The notes under the pieces are model-generated. The model was not told where the DNA came from. It saw only the letters and a list, made by a program, of their open reading frames with translations, and searched no databases. From assembly GCF_964355755.1 (NCBI RefSeq), contig NC_092679.1, positions 17,405,432 through 17,469,431 of the forward strand: 64,000 nt of DNA, given 5' to 3'. The position numbers and the translations under genes are program-made. This DNA comes from Antedon mediterranea (taxonomy: Eukaryota > Animalia > Echinodermata). Below are positions 14,701 through 26,316 of this stretch, one piece after another. Each line of letters opens with the position of its first letter. Position 1 is the first letter of the stretch.

Positions 14701-17700
14701 ACTTGAAACATGCCATGTACCTTGAGGACGAGGGCAGGTTCAAAGATGCAGAGGCGGCATTCATCAAAGCTGGAAAACCCAAAGAGGCTGTATTGATGTA
14801 AGTTTTTGTGCCAATTATGGCATTATTGAAAACTAGGGCCCATCAGTTTCAGTTTTATTTCATTTGTACTTATAAATATTAAATAATAATAATACATTTG
14901 ATTGTGTGTGGATATATCAATAAGCCACAATGGCTTTAAGTCTGAACCTCCAGACTTTGACAATCCTGAACTTTAAACTTCAGGCCTAGAAATAGTTGTT
15001 GATGTCATCAATAGTAGGCCTAAGTTTCTGTTGCAAGCCCTGTGTATTCTATGTTCATTCCCAGTTCATTGTTGTTTCTGTTATAGGTATGTACACAGCC
15101 AAGATTGGGATGCAGCTCAGCGGGTGGCAGAGAAGCATGACCCAGACAGCGTTGCTGATGTCCTAGTTGGTCAGGCTAGATTTGCATTCGAACAGAAGGA
15201 CTTCCAGAAAGCGGAGTCATTCCTTCTGAGGGCTCAACGACCAGAACTTGCTGTAAAATATTACAAGGTAACCAGAAGAAATAGATTAACACTGTGTTAG
15301 TGATTTCAGCTTGTTTTACTATTAAACAGCAACAGTGCTACTTTACATAGTTACTCAATTGAGTGTTTAATTTATTTGTTACCATTGAGGGAAATGTCTT
15401 ATGCTCTCCACAGAATGCTGGTATGCGGCAGGACTGTCTACGGGTCTGCAAAGAGTATGTGCCACACATGCTGCAACAGCTGCAAGAAGAATTTGACAGT
15501 GAAGCGCTGAATCCAGAATTGGGGTAAGAATTAGGCATCATGAATGATAAATGTCCTCTTTCCAGTTTCATTTCAATTCACATTTACTTTAGCTATCATA
15601 CAGTATGGTATAATGTATGAAGATCTTCCACTGAGAATGAATTCTATTTTACCTCAAAACTCTTTTAATGTAAAGAGAAAGATTGTATAGTATTATTGTT
15701 CTTTTAACACATTTTTTATTTTTTTTTATTTACTTTTACAGTGGTGTAGAGATATTGATTTCCCAGGCCCGTGAATGGGAAGGAGCTGGAGAGTATGCCA
15801 GAGCTGTGGACTGCTATTGTAAGGTGACACCTAAGCATACAAATGACACCAAACTTCTTGAGAATTGCTGGTCAAAGGTAAAAGTTGTATTTGTTTTTAT
15901 TTCTGTTTTTTTGTAAACAAGATTCAAAGAATTGGATCAGATCCTAAATTTAGATTTTTCAGTAGAATCCCTTCTATGGGCAAATCTTCAAAACTCAATT
16001 CTAAATTGAATAGTGGTTATCTGTTTATTTATCATGAGAGTACCATGAATGAGTGTGTTGCAAAGGAGGGGTTCCACTGTCCTGTATATGCGATAAATAA
16101 ACTATGTGATCCTGACCTTTCACCACAGGCTGTTGGCATAGCTATGAAGTTCATTGATAAGTCACGAGCCCTGTCAGTAGTGAAGCAAGTAGGCCCTCAA
16201 TTGGCTGGTATTGAAAAGTACAACACAGCAGCAGAGTTGTATCTTCAGCTAGACTTGATCAAAGAGGCCATTGACGTTTTGCTAGATGGACAGGAGTGGG
16301 TGAAAGCTAAGAAAGTGGCTAAAGAGTTGGAGCCTAGGTACGAGAAGTATGTTGACAGCAGATATAAGGAATTCCTGAAGGAGAAGAATGATCCTGATTC
16401 GGTATGTTTTTTCTTTTTTTGTGATATCTACTAAACATCTATCCTATTAAACAGTATACTGAGTACTGTATAGTATTTTGTTTTAAACAGGTATTCACCT
16501 GTCATTTAACAATAACTGACCAATTAATATTATTATTCCTAGTTTACGCTGATGTTATGTGCTTCTAGGGGATACTGCATGCATATTGTCCTTTTTAAGT
16601 GCTACCATTATTTAAAACTAAATGTATTATTTTTAGATGATGGATCTGGAACCGACTGAAGCCTTAAACATGTATGTTGAACAAGGCAAGTGGGAGGAGT
16701 GTATTGAAAAGGCACAGAAACAAGATTTCAAAGTACTTCATAAGTACATTGCTCTCTATGCTGCACACCTTATCAATGAGAAAAACATCCAGAAGGCACT
16801 GGATCTGTACGTCCAACATGGAGCACCACCAAACCCAGAGGTATGCAGTGTATTTTTATAATGTATGATGAAAACTTGTCACCATGTGATGTGCCTACGC
16901 TGGTTGACCCTGCTCAGCACTATCAATTTCTGCACTTTTGGCATTAATTAAAACAAAACTAGCGTTAAAAACATCAAAGGTAGACCATTTGGAATCTGAG
17001 CTACTTTCATTGAAGGAAGTTATCTCAAAGATAAGAGGGATACCTCTTAGACCTTCACCCAGGACGATGTCAATGCACCGGGCACTTAGATATGGCTGGG
17101 CACATCCCTATTGTCAATGTGTGTCTTTTTATTTATGTATGTTGCCTACATTATGTTACAACATCCAATTTGTTTTTTATCTCTGTAAATTTATTTCTAT
17201 GTTAACTAGAACTTCAACATCTACAAACGAATCTTTATGGAAATTCTTTCAATGCCAAACCTGGACAGACCACAGGCGTACCATACATGGGGAGATCTGC
17301 GGGATATGTTAATGAATCTGACCGAGAACCTTGCAAGATCCCCTGCATCAAAAAATCCTGCATGTGAGGAATTTCAAAATATGCTGTTAGTAGCACACTA
17401 CTATGCGACCAGGAGTGCTTGCTTAGGGCAAGAAAAATTGGTAAGATCTTTGTAAAGCCCTCTATTTTCCTGTAACATTTTGATATAATATTCTAAGCTA
17501 GGCTAGTATATCAACTCCTGTGGCTGGGAAACACCCTTGAAATTAATAAAATCTCCTAAAAATGAATACTTAAGTTTGATGGTGAATACGGCCACTGAAC
17601 TGTGTTTATTTGGTTTACAGGAGGTACTTGCTGCCAAATTGTCTGTTGCCCTGTTGAGACACACTGAAATAGTACCAGCAGACAAGGCATTCTACGAGGC

Positions 17701-19423
17701 TGGCATTCAGTCACGGAAGCAGGGCTGGGATAACATGGCATTTGTGTTCCTTAACAGATTCCTGGACCTCACTGAGGTAAGATATCAACAATTATATTAA
17801 TTAAATTAGATTTATTATTGTATTAATAAATATTCAAAGGTATTATTCATACTGTACAAGTCCATCTGAAATCTTTTGATCAAATTTTCTATTTTATTTG
17901 ATTATATCTACTGGAGCACTGTAACCAGACAACATTTTTGACTTGTTTTATGCATTATAATTACTTTATGTTATGTAATACCTTACAGTATTATTACAGT
18001 TTGCATGTCGTGGTTTTATGATTACTGTAGGCACAGTGCAGAGTTTTTCTCAGGCGGGCCACGAGTCATATTTGCCAAGTAGTATTATGGTGACTTAACA
18101 TACAATTTGTATTTCTGTGGTTCTTCTCCAGGCTATAGAGGACGGCAGTTTAGACATGCTTGATCACTCTGATTTCCAAGATACAGACATTCCTTTTGAG
18201 ATTCCCCTCCCAGAAAAACAACATGTAACAGTAAGTTTTATTTCACATTTTATGGTAGCTGTAGACATGGATTAATGGATCATGCCTATACACAGTCTCC
18301 TATTACCTTCATTACTCAACAAAGTGTCCCTCAATACTGAATAGGCTGTAGTGATAATAATTTTTTGTTTCATTGGAAGTGTCCACTTTACACAGATGAG
18401 CGGTAAGCAGAAACCAAAAATGTAGAATCAATGTTATTTGAACATTTACACAAAACTGTTTCTGCTTTACCGTGTAAATTGGCCTTAATAGAGGTGTTTC
18501 TACTGTGCAATAATTACAAGAAAATTATTTAAAATTTAAAATTACATGTATGAACCTGCAGGTGTACGGGGTAATAACAATTTGTTTGTACTTGTAGGAA
18601 GATAAGAAGGAAGAAGTGAAGGAATGGGTGTTGTCAGTTTCAATGGACCAGAAGGTGGAGCAGTGTCTTGATAGAGATGAGAGAGATACATACGTTGCCT
18701 CACTTATTGCCCCAAATACTGGAGTGAGATCTCCACCTTGTGTTATCTCAGGTATGTGTAACGTCACTGTGGTAAATGGTTGTAGAATAGTCATCAGTGT
18801 TTAGGATCACTAAGTGGCCCTCCAAAGCTGTAGGCCTTGGGCGTTTTTAGCCTTTTTTGACATATTTTAATGCTTTTTTTCTCTTCTGGGCGCTGCATGC
18901 TCAGTGGCCCCATAAGCTTTAACCAGATAGTCATATGTAAAATACATTAATATTCTTTATCAAACCTCTAGGCTACCCTGTTCTTCGAAATAAGCTGGAC
19001 TTTAAGAGGAATGGACATGCAGCTAATAAAGATGACTGGAATAAGTTCTTGATGTGTACTAAGGTAATATAAAAATGTTTACCCCATTTGAAATAATAGA
19101 ATCACAAACCAACAGTGGTATTGGTAGTCAATAAGTGAGATACCTACCTTTCGAGGGGTGTCCATAATAAGAATAATGGCATATGTAGATTCTATACAGG
19201 TAGGGATTTCACAAAATAGATCTGGCCATTAACTGTAAACACAAAATAAGGCATGTGTAGACTGTGTATACTGTACATGTTACTGATGAATTAAAAGTTG
19301 TGTATTTAGACGCTTAATTTATTAAATTTTTAGATGTCGCACAGTACAGAATGTCAAGATGTTATGCGGTTTGTAGGCCAATGGAGTGGGAGCACACCAA
19401 GTCCCAGCTATACATTCCAGTAA
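3616..19423 (+). CDS. IFT172: Intraflagellar transport protein 172 (IFT-B subunit; WD40 + TPR), ~35 coding exons
   Basis: Spliced translation runs [13 protein letters not shown]|[25 protein letters not shown]...[34 protein letters not shown]...[16 protein letters not shown]...PSPSYTFQ* and is colinear with human IFT172. Introns are GT-AG. First exon 3616-3654, last exon 19334-19423. Confidence 0.98.
4780..4941. repeat. Small element with a ~39-bp direct repeat
   Basis: cgctgtctgagttaaatcctgac...tcgtcttgagatag occurs at ~4787 and ~4902. Confidence 0.6.
5380..5600 (+). mobile_element. Diverged tRNA-derived SINE
   Basis: A-box-like gtaatggtaagg, B-box gggttcgagtc, then tgtatccttaggtaa, as in the SINE at 37323. 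Confidence 0.55.
5978..6149. mobile_element. PIF/Harbinger-like MITE, family B, copy 1
   Basis: TIRs AGCGTGGTTCCCACTAG / CTAGTGGGAACCAAGCT with TA(A) flanks. Confidence 0.85.
6759..6853. mobile_element. PIF/Harbinger-like MITE, family A (short copy)
   Basis: aagctctgtcaacattatcaaact...gatagtgtagacagagctt, with the shared core tgatgtgcccaaatatgg. Confidence 0.85.
7545..7662. repeat. 16-bp minisatellite (aaccatcagaacttag)n
   Basis: About 7 tandem units are visible. Confidence 0.92.
7887..8055. mobile_element. PIF/Harbinger-like MITE, family B, copy 2 (inverted relative to copy 1)
   Basis: Near reverse complement of 5978-6149. Confidence 0.85.
10817..11002. mobile_element. Tc1/mariner (pogo/Tigger-like) MITE; a diverged copy lies at ~12761-12922
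   Basis: TA|CAGTCAACTCTCCCAATACCGGAC ... GTCCGGTATTGGGAGAGTTGACTG|TA. Confidence 0.88.
11005..11200 (-). mobile_element. CR1-type LINE 3' fragment
   Basis: The minus strand encodes a degenerate [30 protein letters not shown], typical of the CR1 ORF2 C-terminus. Confidence 0.65.
11242..11379. mobile_element. MITE family A (representative copy; ~20 full or partial copies in the window)
   Basis: TIR AGCTCTGTCTACACTATCAAAC with TAA/TTA flanks. Other copies at ~1870, 6759, 12205, 12480, 20113, 22178, 24068, 28583, 28853, 30570, 31147, 33330, 34268, 36048, 41490, 42578, 62496 and 63885. Confidence 0.9.
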
Positions 19424-20112
19424 ACAAAATCAGAAAGAACTGCATGTATTTATATTGATTTGACCTGTAAACCACAATTATTCATTTGAGAAATTGCATA
19501 TTTATCAGCGATTTGGTTAAAAACCAGGTTTATATTTCTATTTTTAGCACCTTGATTGAATTAGAATAGCATTCAGATGTATCTGTACACAAAAAATATT
19601 AGTACAAATAAATACTGTTAATGGAAATAGGACATATTTGAAACAATAGAAATGTAATTATATTTAATGGATGTTGAACAATACTGTAAAACAAACATGT
19701 ATATTCTATTTTTGTGCATATGTTTTAGAACAATAAACAACATGTTTGGTCAGATTTGAATTTTAGTTACATTTTAATTGCACAGAACTACTTACTGGTC
19801 CCAACAGTCAAATTGTTACCACACTACTTGAAATACATTTGTATTTAAAATGTAAATTACCATAAAAATCCATCAGTCAATATATAGATAATTAAATACA
19901 AAAGAATACATTAAAGCATACAGTCGGCATTTTGATTTTTGTCTTAGAAAAATGAAAATAAAAGCTCATGTATTATACATATAAAAACACCATATGTGCC
20001 AAAATATTTATCTTTTTACAGTATAGTACAATTTAAGTTTATAGTTTACATATATTTCAAGCCTGGACTTGAGGTACTGATGTTATATCCAGATGATTGA
20101 TATAAACTATAA

Positions 20113-20244
20113 TCCTCTGTCTACACTATCAAACTGACAAAAAGCATGATGTGCCCAAATATGGTAGTGATATGATATCATTATATCCATATATGGGCAC
20201 ATCACATTTTTTGTCACATAAAGTTTGATTGTCTAGACAGAGCT
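20113..20244. mobile_element. MITE family A in the inferred DYNC2LI1 3' UTR
   Basis: ctctgtctacactatcaaac...gtctagacagagct, about 46 bp past the DYNC2LI1 stop codon. Confidence 0.85.
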
Positions 20245-20290
20245 TAAGAGATGTGTACTGTAGTAGCTTAGGAATTGGTTTAAAGTCTGT

Positions 20291-23200
20291 TCAGTGACCA
20301 TCGCCCATTCCGGCTCCCATTGCACGTTCTTTGGCTCGTCTTTCAGATACTTTACGATATCGTGCCAATTCCTGAAAGATTAAACAATGATAACTAAGTA
20401 TTGTTAATTACTATACTAATATGGTCCACTTAAATTTTCTGCAATTGAGCCGACAAATATAATAATTCTAAAAGCTATGAATTTCCAAATTTAATTAGAT
20501 TTCTATGGTTATAATGTTTCCAATTCCAACAAATGAAATAAAAACTAAAAAGTTAGATCAAATATTTAAGATAAACATCAGACTGTAACAAAAAGATTAA
20601 AAAAGGACATTTTATTAGTAAATAAGTTAAAAAGCAGAAAATTTAACAACACACTTTTACATCCCAGAATGTCAGATATTTTGTCTCACAACACAATCTC
20701 AAACTTCTTATCTCAACCTTTCTCTAAACATATATAGTAAGTAAAACAATTTGTGAAATATTGTTAGTACTGTATTAGACTGTTAAAGAACATAACGCAA
20801 AGCTACTATTTTCTCAACACTCACAGCCACCCTCAAAGTCTCTCACTTAGGCTTATTAGACTGATGTATATGTTCCTCCTGCAATACCTCATCTTTCTGG
20901 GCCCGCATGCTGTCCACTTCAGGCTCGGCATACTGGGGATCTTTAGCTGGATCGTCTGAGATAGAAGCACTTCCAGTCGCCTTAAAATAAAGACGGAAAT
21001 GATATTAGATCTATGAATAGATTTGTGGCCGAGTAGTTAAAGTAGCCACAACCCATAATATTGGTACAAGGTGGAGAAAAAGGACAGGAATTTGCAGTGT
21101 ACTCATCACAGCCCAGGATTGGCAAACTCAGATACATTTACAGCAAAACAAGATAATTATAATGTATTCATTTTTATAGCGCAAATCCCATATATACAGT
21201 ATACTGTATAATGTTCAAATAACGCTTTCCTATTATTACCCCGGTTATTTTGATGAAACATGTATGGAAACATACTACCATAACGTTAACCAGTAATCAG
21301 CGCAGTTGGTTGATGAGATTATGTCAGATGCATCTGCTTGATATTTGATATACTATGATTACATAACTAACAGGCTACCACAGTCAATACTTTACTATAT
21401 ACTTACCTCCTGAGGGAAATATGAAGTAAAAGCCTGTTTCCAAAGATCAAGCGGGCTTCTTGCTTGGATTTGTCCAATCGAGCCATCAGTAATTGGAGGA
21501 CCACCTATTAGATAATAAAACACTCAGGTGAAAATAAAGTCTCAAATAAAGTAATAGCTGTATAAACAAAACAGTGATAGACGATGTTAAATTATTTGTG
21601 AATATACGAAACAATGGGAACTGACAAAACATACCGATTTGGTTCATTGAATCCGTTCCACAAGGTGCTGATATTGGTTTGTTATGATCAACACAATACG
21701 CTTTACTGTGAAAAATATAATAGATATAAAGCAAGTACTAATTTTAATGTAATAATCTAGGCCTATAGTTTACTTTTTGTTTCCAACTGTTATTGAACTA
21801 AAGAGAAAAATATATGAAAACAAATTTAAGTAGTAAGCAAGTACAGTCAAAATTTTCAATAAAAACACAAAAAGGAATTTTGACTTACTTCAAATTTGTT
21901 CCAAAAACAAAATGACTCATCAACGACCTCACTCTCATCAATATCGATTCATTCTTTGAACTAGAGAACTAAAAAAGGATTAAGCAATTATTAATATCAG
22001 CTAAATAACATTTAAACAAAAAAAAGACTTTTCCTTAAATAATATAATAAACTTACTAATAGTGTTCCACCGTAATTATGAGCCACAAATCGTAAAGTTC
22101 GACTGATAACTTTCCTCTTTTCTGAGTCAAAATTCTGATAAGAAAACAATAAATGCATAGTAAGAAATGCTTTCTAAAGCTCTGTCTACACTATCAAACT
22201 AGTTTGACAAAACAAGTGTGATGTGCCCAAATATGGTAGTGATATGCTCAAATATGGTAGTGATATGACATCATCATGTCCATATATGGGCACATCACAT
22301 TTTTTGTCACATAAAGTTTGATAGTGTAGACAGAGCAGTGAAACTGAAATACAGGTAGAGGCTTACTTACCTGGAATAAGTCATACTTTGTTCCTAAAAT
22401 TCCAAATGGTATTAACATCGGCTCAACCAGATCTCTATCCTACGAAAACAAAAAGGCACGCTTTAAATGAAATGTAATAGAATGGGGAAAAAAAATCTAA
22501 CTGACTTTACTAACATCATACTTAGTTCATTTAGTTATAAATCAACTAAGTTTAGTTATAAAGATACAGATATACACAACTAGATGAATGCAGACCTCTC
22601 AACTTGGAAAAATGAAGTATCGTGGGGTTTTATGAAACTATAGAGGGTGCTATAATAATAATTAAACTGTAGATGGTGCTATAATTGTAAACATGGGGTA
22701 TATCATGCATGCCAACAGTGGAAAATGTGATGCCAATTCATTATTTCACTTATTAAACAATGCATGAATTATAAACGGACCAATATAAAGTATGTTTTCT
22801 ATTTTCTAATGACAGTATTAGAAATGATTAATTGATACATATTAGGAGATTTTTTTGATTAATCCAAAATAACAAGAGCAAATGCACTTTATTGGCAAGC
22901 AGGAGATTACTTGAGGTATCTGGAGACTCCTGCCATTACCGGAGGAGTTGGAACGTCCTTGAATTAAATATTCTTGCACTTAATGGTGTCACGATGTTTT
23001 AAGTGAGAACCTGATTCAAACTTACTGGATGGTCAAGTGCAAATCGATTGAATGATTTTCTTCTCAGCCTTTCTTCAATCTGGGGATCTTCAACGGCAAG
23101 CTTCTTAATAACCTGTTTTATACGCTCATTGACAGCTTTCAGCGATGTCTCAAGTACTGTCCACATTGTTTCTGGCTTTGATAAATCCACAACTAAAACC

Positions 23201-25586
23201 ACTGATAGTGCCCTAAAATAAAAATTATTATTTGAATGATTGATAACACTTTGTAAAAAAAGCAAAAGAGTATGTATGATTCAAGCAATATTGGTATCAG
23301 CTTCACAAGAAATACAAACCTTTGAAGACCCAACAAAGTGTCCCCTTAATAGGGGTATCCTTTAAATAGTGGTTGACCATTATGTTAAATTGAATTGAAA
23401 TTTATATTTATACTGGGTAACCTCTTCAGTCAAAGACTGGTCTCCCAGAGGGCCCAGTTATGATCAGTGGCTGTGATGTACTAATACACCGAGGTAACCC
23501 CCTACTCATCTCGAAAGATGTACTAGGTTCTTTAAAGTGCACACGAGCTAGATGTGTACACTAGACCTACGGTTTATAGTCCTTATCCGAGAAGACTCGT
23601 TCTACCACCAGAACCATGGAGTGAGTGAGCCTCAAACCCCTGCCGAACTACCATAGTATTCTCTATGACCTAGGATTGGCAAAATTGAGTCCTAGCAAAA
23701 AAATCTGATATTGATTTCTTATTTTTTAGAAACTGCAAAACAAATGATAATTTATCTTACTTAAGATTGCTCATGTTGATTGGCACTTCCAAAAGCTGAG
23801 TCATGTTTGTTCCACCCCCTAATTCCCAAATGTGCCCAACATCCTTTCCCTGGAAAAAAAAAGTTAAGCCTGAAACCATGACAACATGCAATGTAAAAGT
23901 AAAGTAAGTAAAACTTTAAAAGATTTAAGAAAATGCATTTATAATAGTACTTCCTATACACACTAAGAATTATTTTGCAATTAAAATTCTATAAATAACT
24001 GAGTAACAACTGAATCAATGGTAATATATAGACATATTTACAAATTTTGTTGACAGCATTAAAAATACATCTGTCTACACTAACTGTATGTGAGTGATGT
24101 GCCCATATATGGACATTATGATGTCATATCACTACCATATTTAAGCATCACAACCATATTTGTGCACATCTCATTTTGTTTTGTTTTGTTTTGTTTTTTA
24201 TCTTTATACTGGGTGACCTCTTCAGTCAAAGACTGATCTCCCAGATCACATGAAGTTTGATAGTGTAGACAGCAGAGCCTTACCACATTGTGCCCCTTTG
24301 ATCGTCTTCCAAATGTATACTCAAGAGCTATCGTAGATTTTGGTATGTCATCACGGTCGAGAAACCTACAGATGATTGTTGTTTTACCCTGTCAAAAAAA
24401 CATTTAATAGTTTATTAGTGTTTCACTTATAACTTTATTTACAGAACTGTTTTGGGAGTACTGTATACTCTTTGTAAATTGCTCAGATTAAAATACCGTA
24501 CTATTTTAACAAAAATGAGAATTAAACTAAAAATCTTACAGCATCTTTGCCGCCAAAGAACAGTATACTGGATTCACCTCCAGCTCTTCCATCCTCTGTA
24601 GCTATTAAAAAGAGAAACATTATTAGGTAAAGAGGAAAATGTAAATTAAATAATAAAGAGGAAAATGAAAGTATCAAATCAAAATAATAATAATGATAAT
24701 AAAAAAATTATTATTTCCTTCAATAGCAGAAAAGATAGAAACAATAACAACAATGAAATGTAATAGGGTTTAAAAAAGAAAACATAAAAATCATAAATTT
24801 CATCAGACAATCATAAAACAAGATTGAAAATGTTCATCTGGTTTGTTAGTATAAGTATATTGAAAATATTCTTTTTTTCAAACCAATAATTAGTAAAAAC
24901 TAACCTTGACAGTTTCGCTGTCCTGATCGGACAGCTTCTTCAGAAATAATGACAGCGAAACTGTCAAGGTTAGTTTTTACTAATTATTGGTTTTAAAAAA
25001 AGAATATTTTCAATATAATCATAAAACAATGTCAACATTTCTATTTATAAATATTTCTGTTAAAAATAGAAAGCAAGTAAACAACATTTCAACATACAAT
25101 AGATCAATATTCACCTTCTTGTTCTGTATTTGCCTTTTCTACTTTCTCAGCCTCATATACAGAAATATCCCAAAGTACCTTTTCTCTATTTTGTGTAAAA
25201 TAAAACATAAATATACAATTACAAGATATAGGGTAGGCCTAATAATAATTATAAAATAACAATTAAAAACTTATAATATGACATACTAAAGTTTAAAATT
25301 AGCCAATGCAGTGGCCGATAAATAATACATTTTAAAAGGCTAATTCATATTAAAGTAAGAAAATACCGTGTTTAGTGTTTAGTTCCAGGCCCATGTAAGA
25401 TTGATATTTGCGCACAAAGATTGTCAACGTCCAGGCTTAAACTGCATCCTTCCCGTGAGAAATAATTACTTCATACAGAGATTTAAAGGCCTAGAGTTTT
25501 CATAAAATTCTTTATTGTAATTAGAATCAAATAAGTTTAAAATACAAACCACGAACTGAGAAATTATTATTTTACCCTTTAGGCAT
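20291..25586 (-). CDS. DYNC2LI1: Cytoplasmic dynein-2 light intermediate chain 1, ~13 coding exons
   Basis: MPKG|[14 protein letters not shown]...[19 protein letters not shown]...AHLGIRGW region/ELGGGT...[16 protein letters not shown]...[22 protein letters not shown]...[22 protein letters not shown]|ELARYRK...GDGH*, colinear with human DYNC2LI1. Confidence 0.96.
22178..22336. mobile_element. MITE family A, full-length copy
   Basis: TAA|AGCTCTGTCTACACTATCAAACT ... AGTTTGATAGTGTAGACAGAGC. Confidence 0.9.
22591..22962. mobile_element. Degenerate DNA-transposon-derived element
   Basis: Ends cagacctctcaac / gttggaacgtcct are imperfect inverted repeats. Contains tagagggtgcta and tagatggtgcta motifs. 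Confidence 0.45.
23400..23650 (-). mobile_element. tRNA-derived SINE family 1, 5'-truncated copy
   Basis: Reverse complement of ~42735-42985. Tail-only copies at ~24195-24245 and ~35480-35590; a diverged copy at ~57015-57190. Confidence 0.88.
24856..25017. repeat. 162-bp palindrome (~67-bp arms, 1 mismatch, 28-nt spacer), probably a Penelope-like terminal-repeat remnant
   Basis: 24856-24922 is the reverse complement of 24951-25017. Confidence 0.9.
24900..24950 (-). ncRNA. Minimal hammerhead ribozyme core of the Penelope-like-element type
   Basis: The minus strand reads CUGAAGA-A-GCUGUCC-GAUCA-GGACAGC-GAAAC-U-GUC-AAGG. This gives the CUGANGA box, a perfect 7-bp helix II, the GAAA box and a GUC cleavage triplet. 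Confidence 0.7.
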
Positions 25587-25810
25587 GTCTGCCTTGGTGA
25601 ATTTGTTTGTTATTGTAGGATTTAAATCAATTTACAAGCACACTTCTGTACCGCACACATTTATCAGAACAATTTTCTTTAGTTTACTGTCACCAGGTAA
25701 TATCGTGACGTCAGAGATTAAGAATTTTGATTGATTGTAAGTTTTCAATTTTGTCAACAAAGAACTAACTGTCTGTGATCTGAGATTGGTTTGAAGGAAA
25801 CATTTGGTAA
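25587..25810. promoter_or_regulatory. Bidirectional promoter of DYNC2LI1 and CLHC1 with an X-box-like motif and a perfect CRE
   Basis: The ATGs are head-to-head, ~730 bp apart. GTCACCAGGTAAT (25689-25701) sits next to TGACGTCA (25706-25713). A CLHC1 5'-UTR exon donor is inferred near 25807. Confidence 0.7.
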
Positions 25811-26316
25811 TAATTTTTTTAAATTGATTGAGATTAATATGAATGTGTTCATAATATGTGTAAAATAGTAAATAATCCGTAGGAAACTTTTGCCCTTTCT
25901 ACTAATATTTAATAATAGTAAAGGCCAGGCCTACTAGTAGAGCCTAGAGGGGCCTAGACTAGGCCTAGAGGCCCCCTAGCTAGTAGAGAGTAGCTAGCAT
26001 GGTTAAGCCGGGAGGACCAGGTCAAACTAGGCTTGCCTAGGCCTAGTTAACTTGTTGGTGGGGTGGTAGGCCTCTATTACTAGTAGGCCGAATACTCCAG
26101 TTCGATAGGCCTAGGCCTAAACCCCTGAGTGCCTAAGTACTATTAGTTAGCAGACTAGAGGCCTATAAGTTTAGCTGTGCAATCTGGTAGTCTTTCTATT
26201 ATAAATCATGTGGATAAGTAGACTGTTACCTATTCCCTTCATCTAGTCTAATTGAGTATTACAAAAAAATATATAAATTATTTATCATTAATTGAATCTT
26301 TTTCATTTGACAGATA

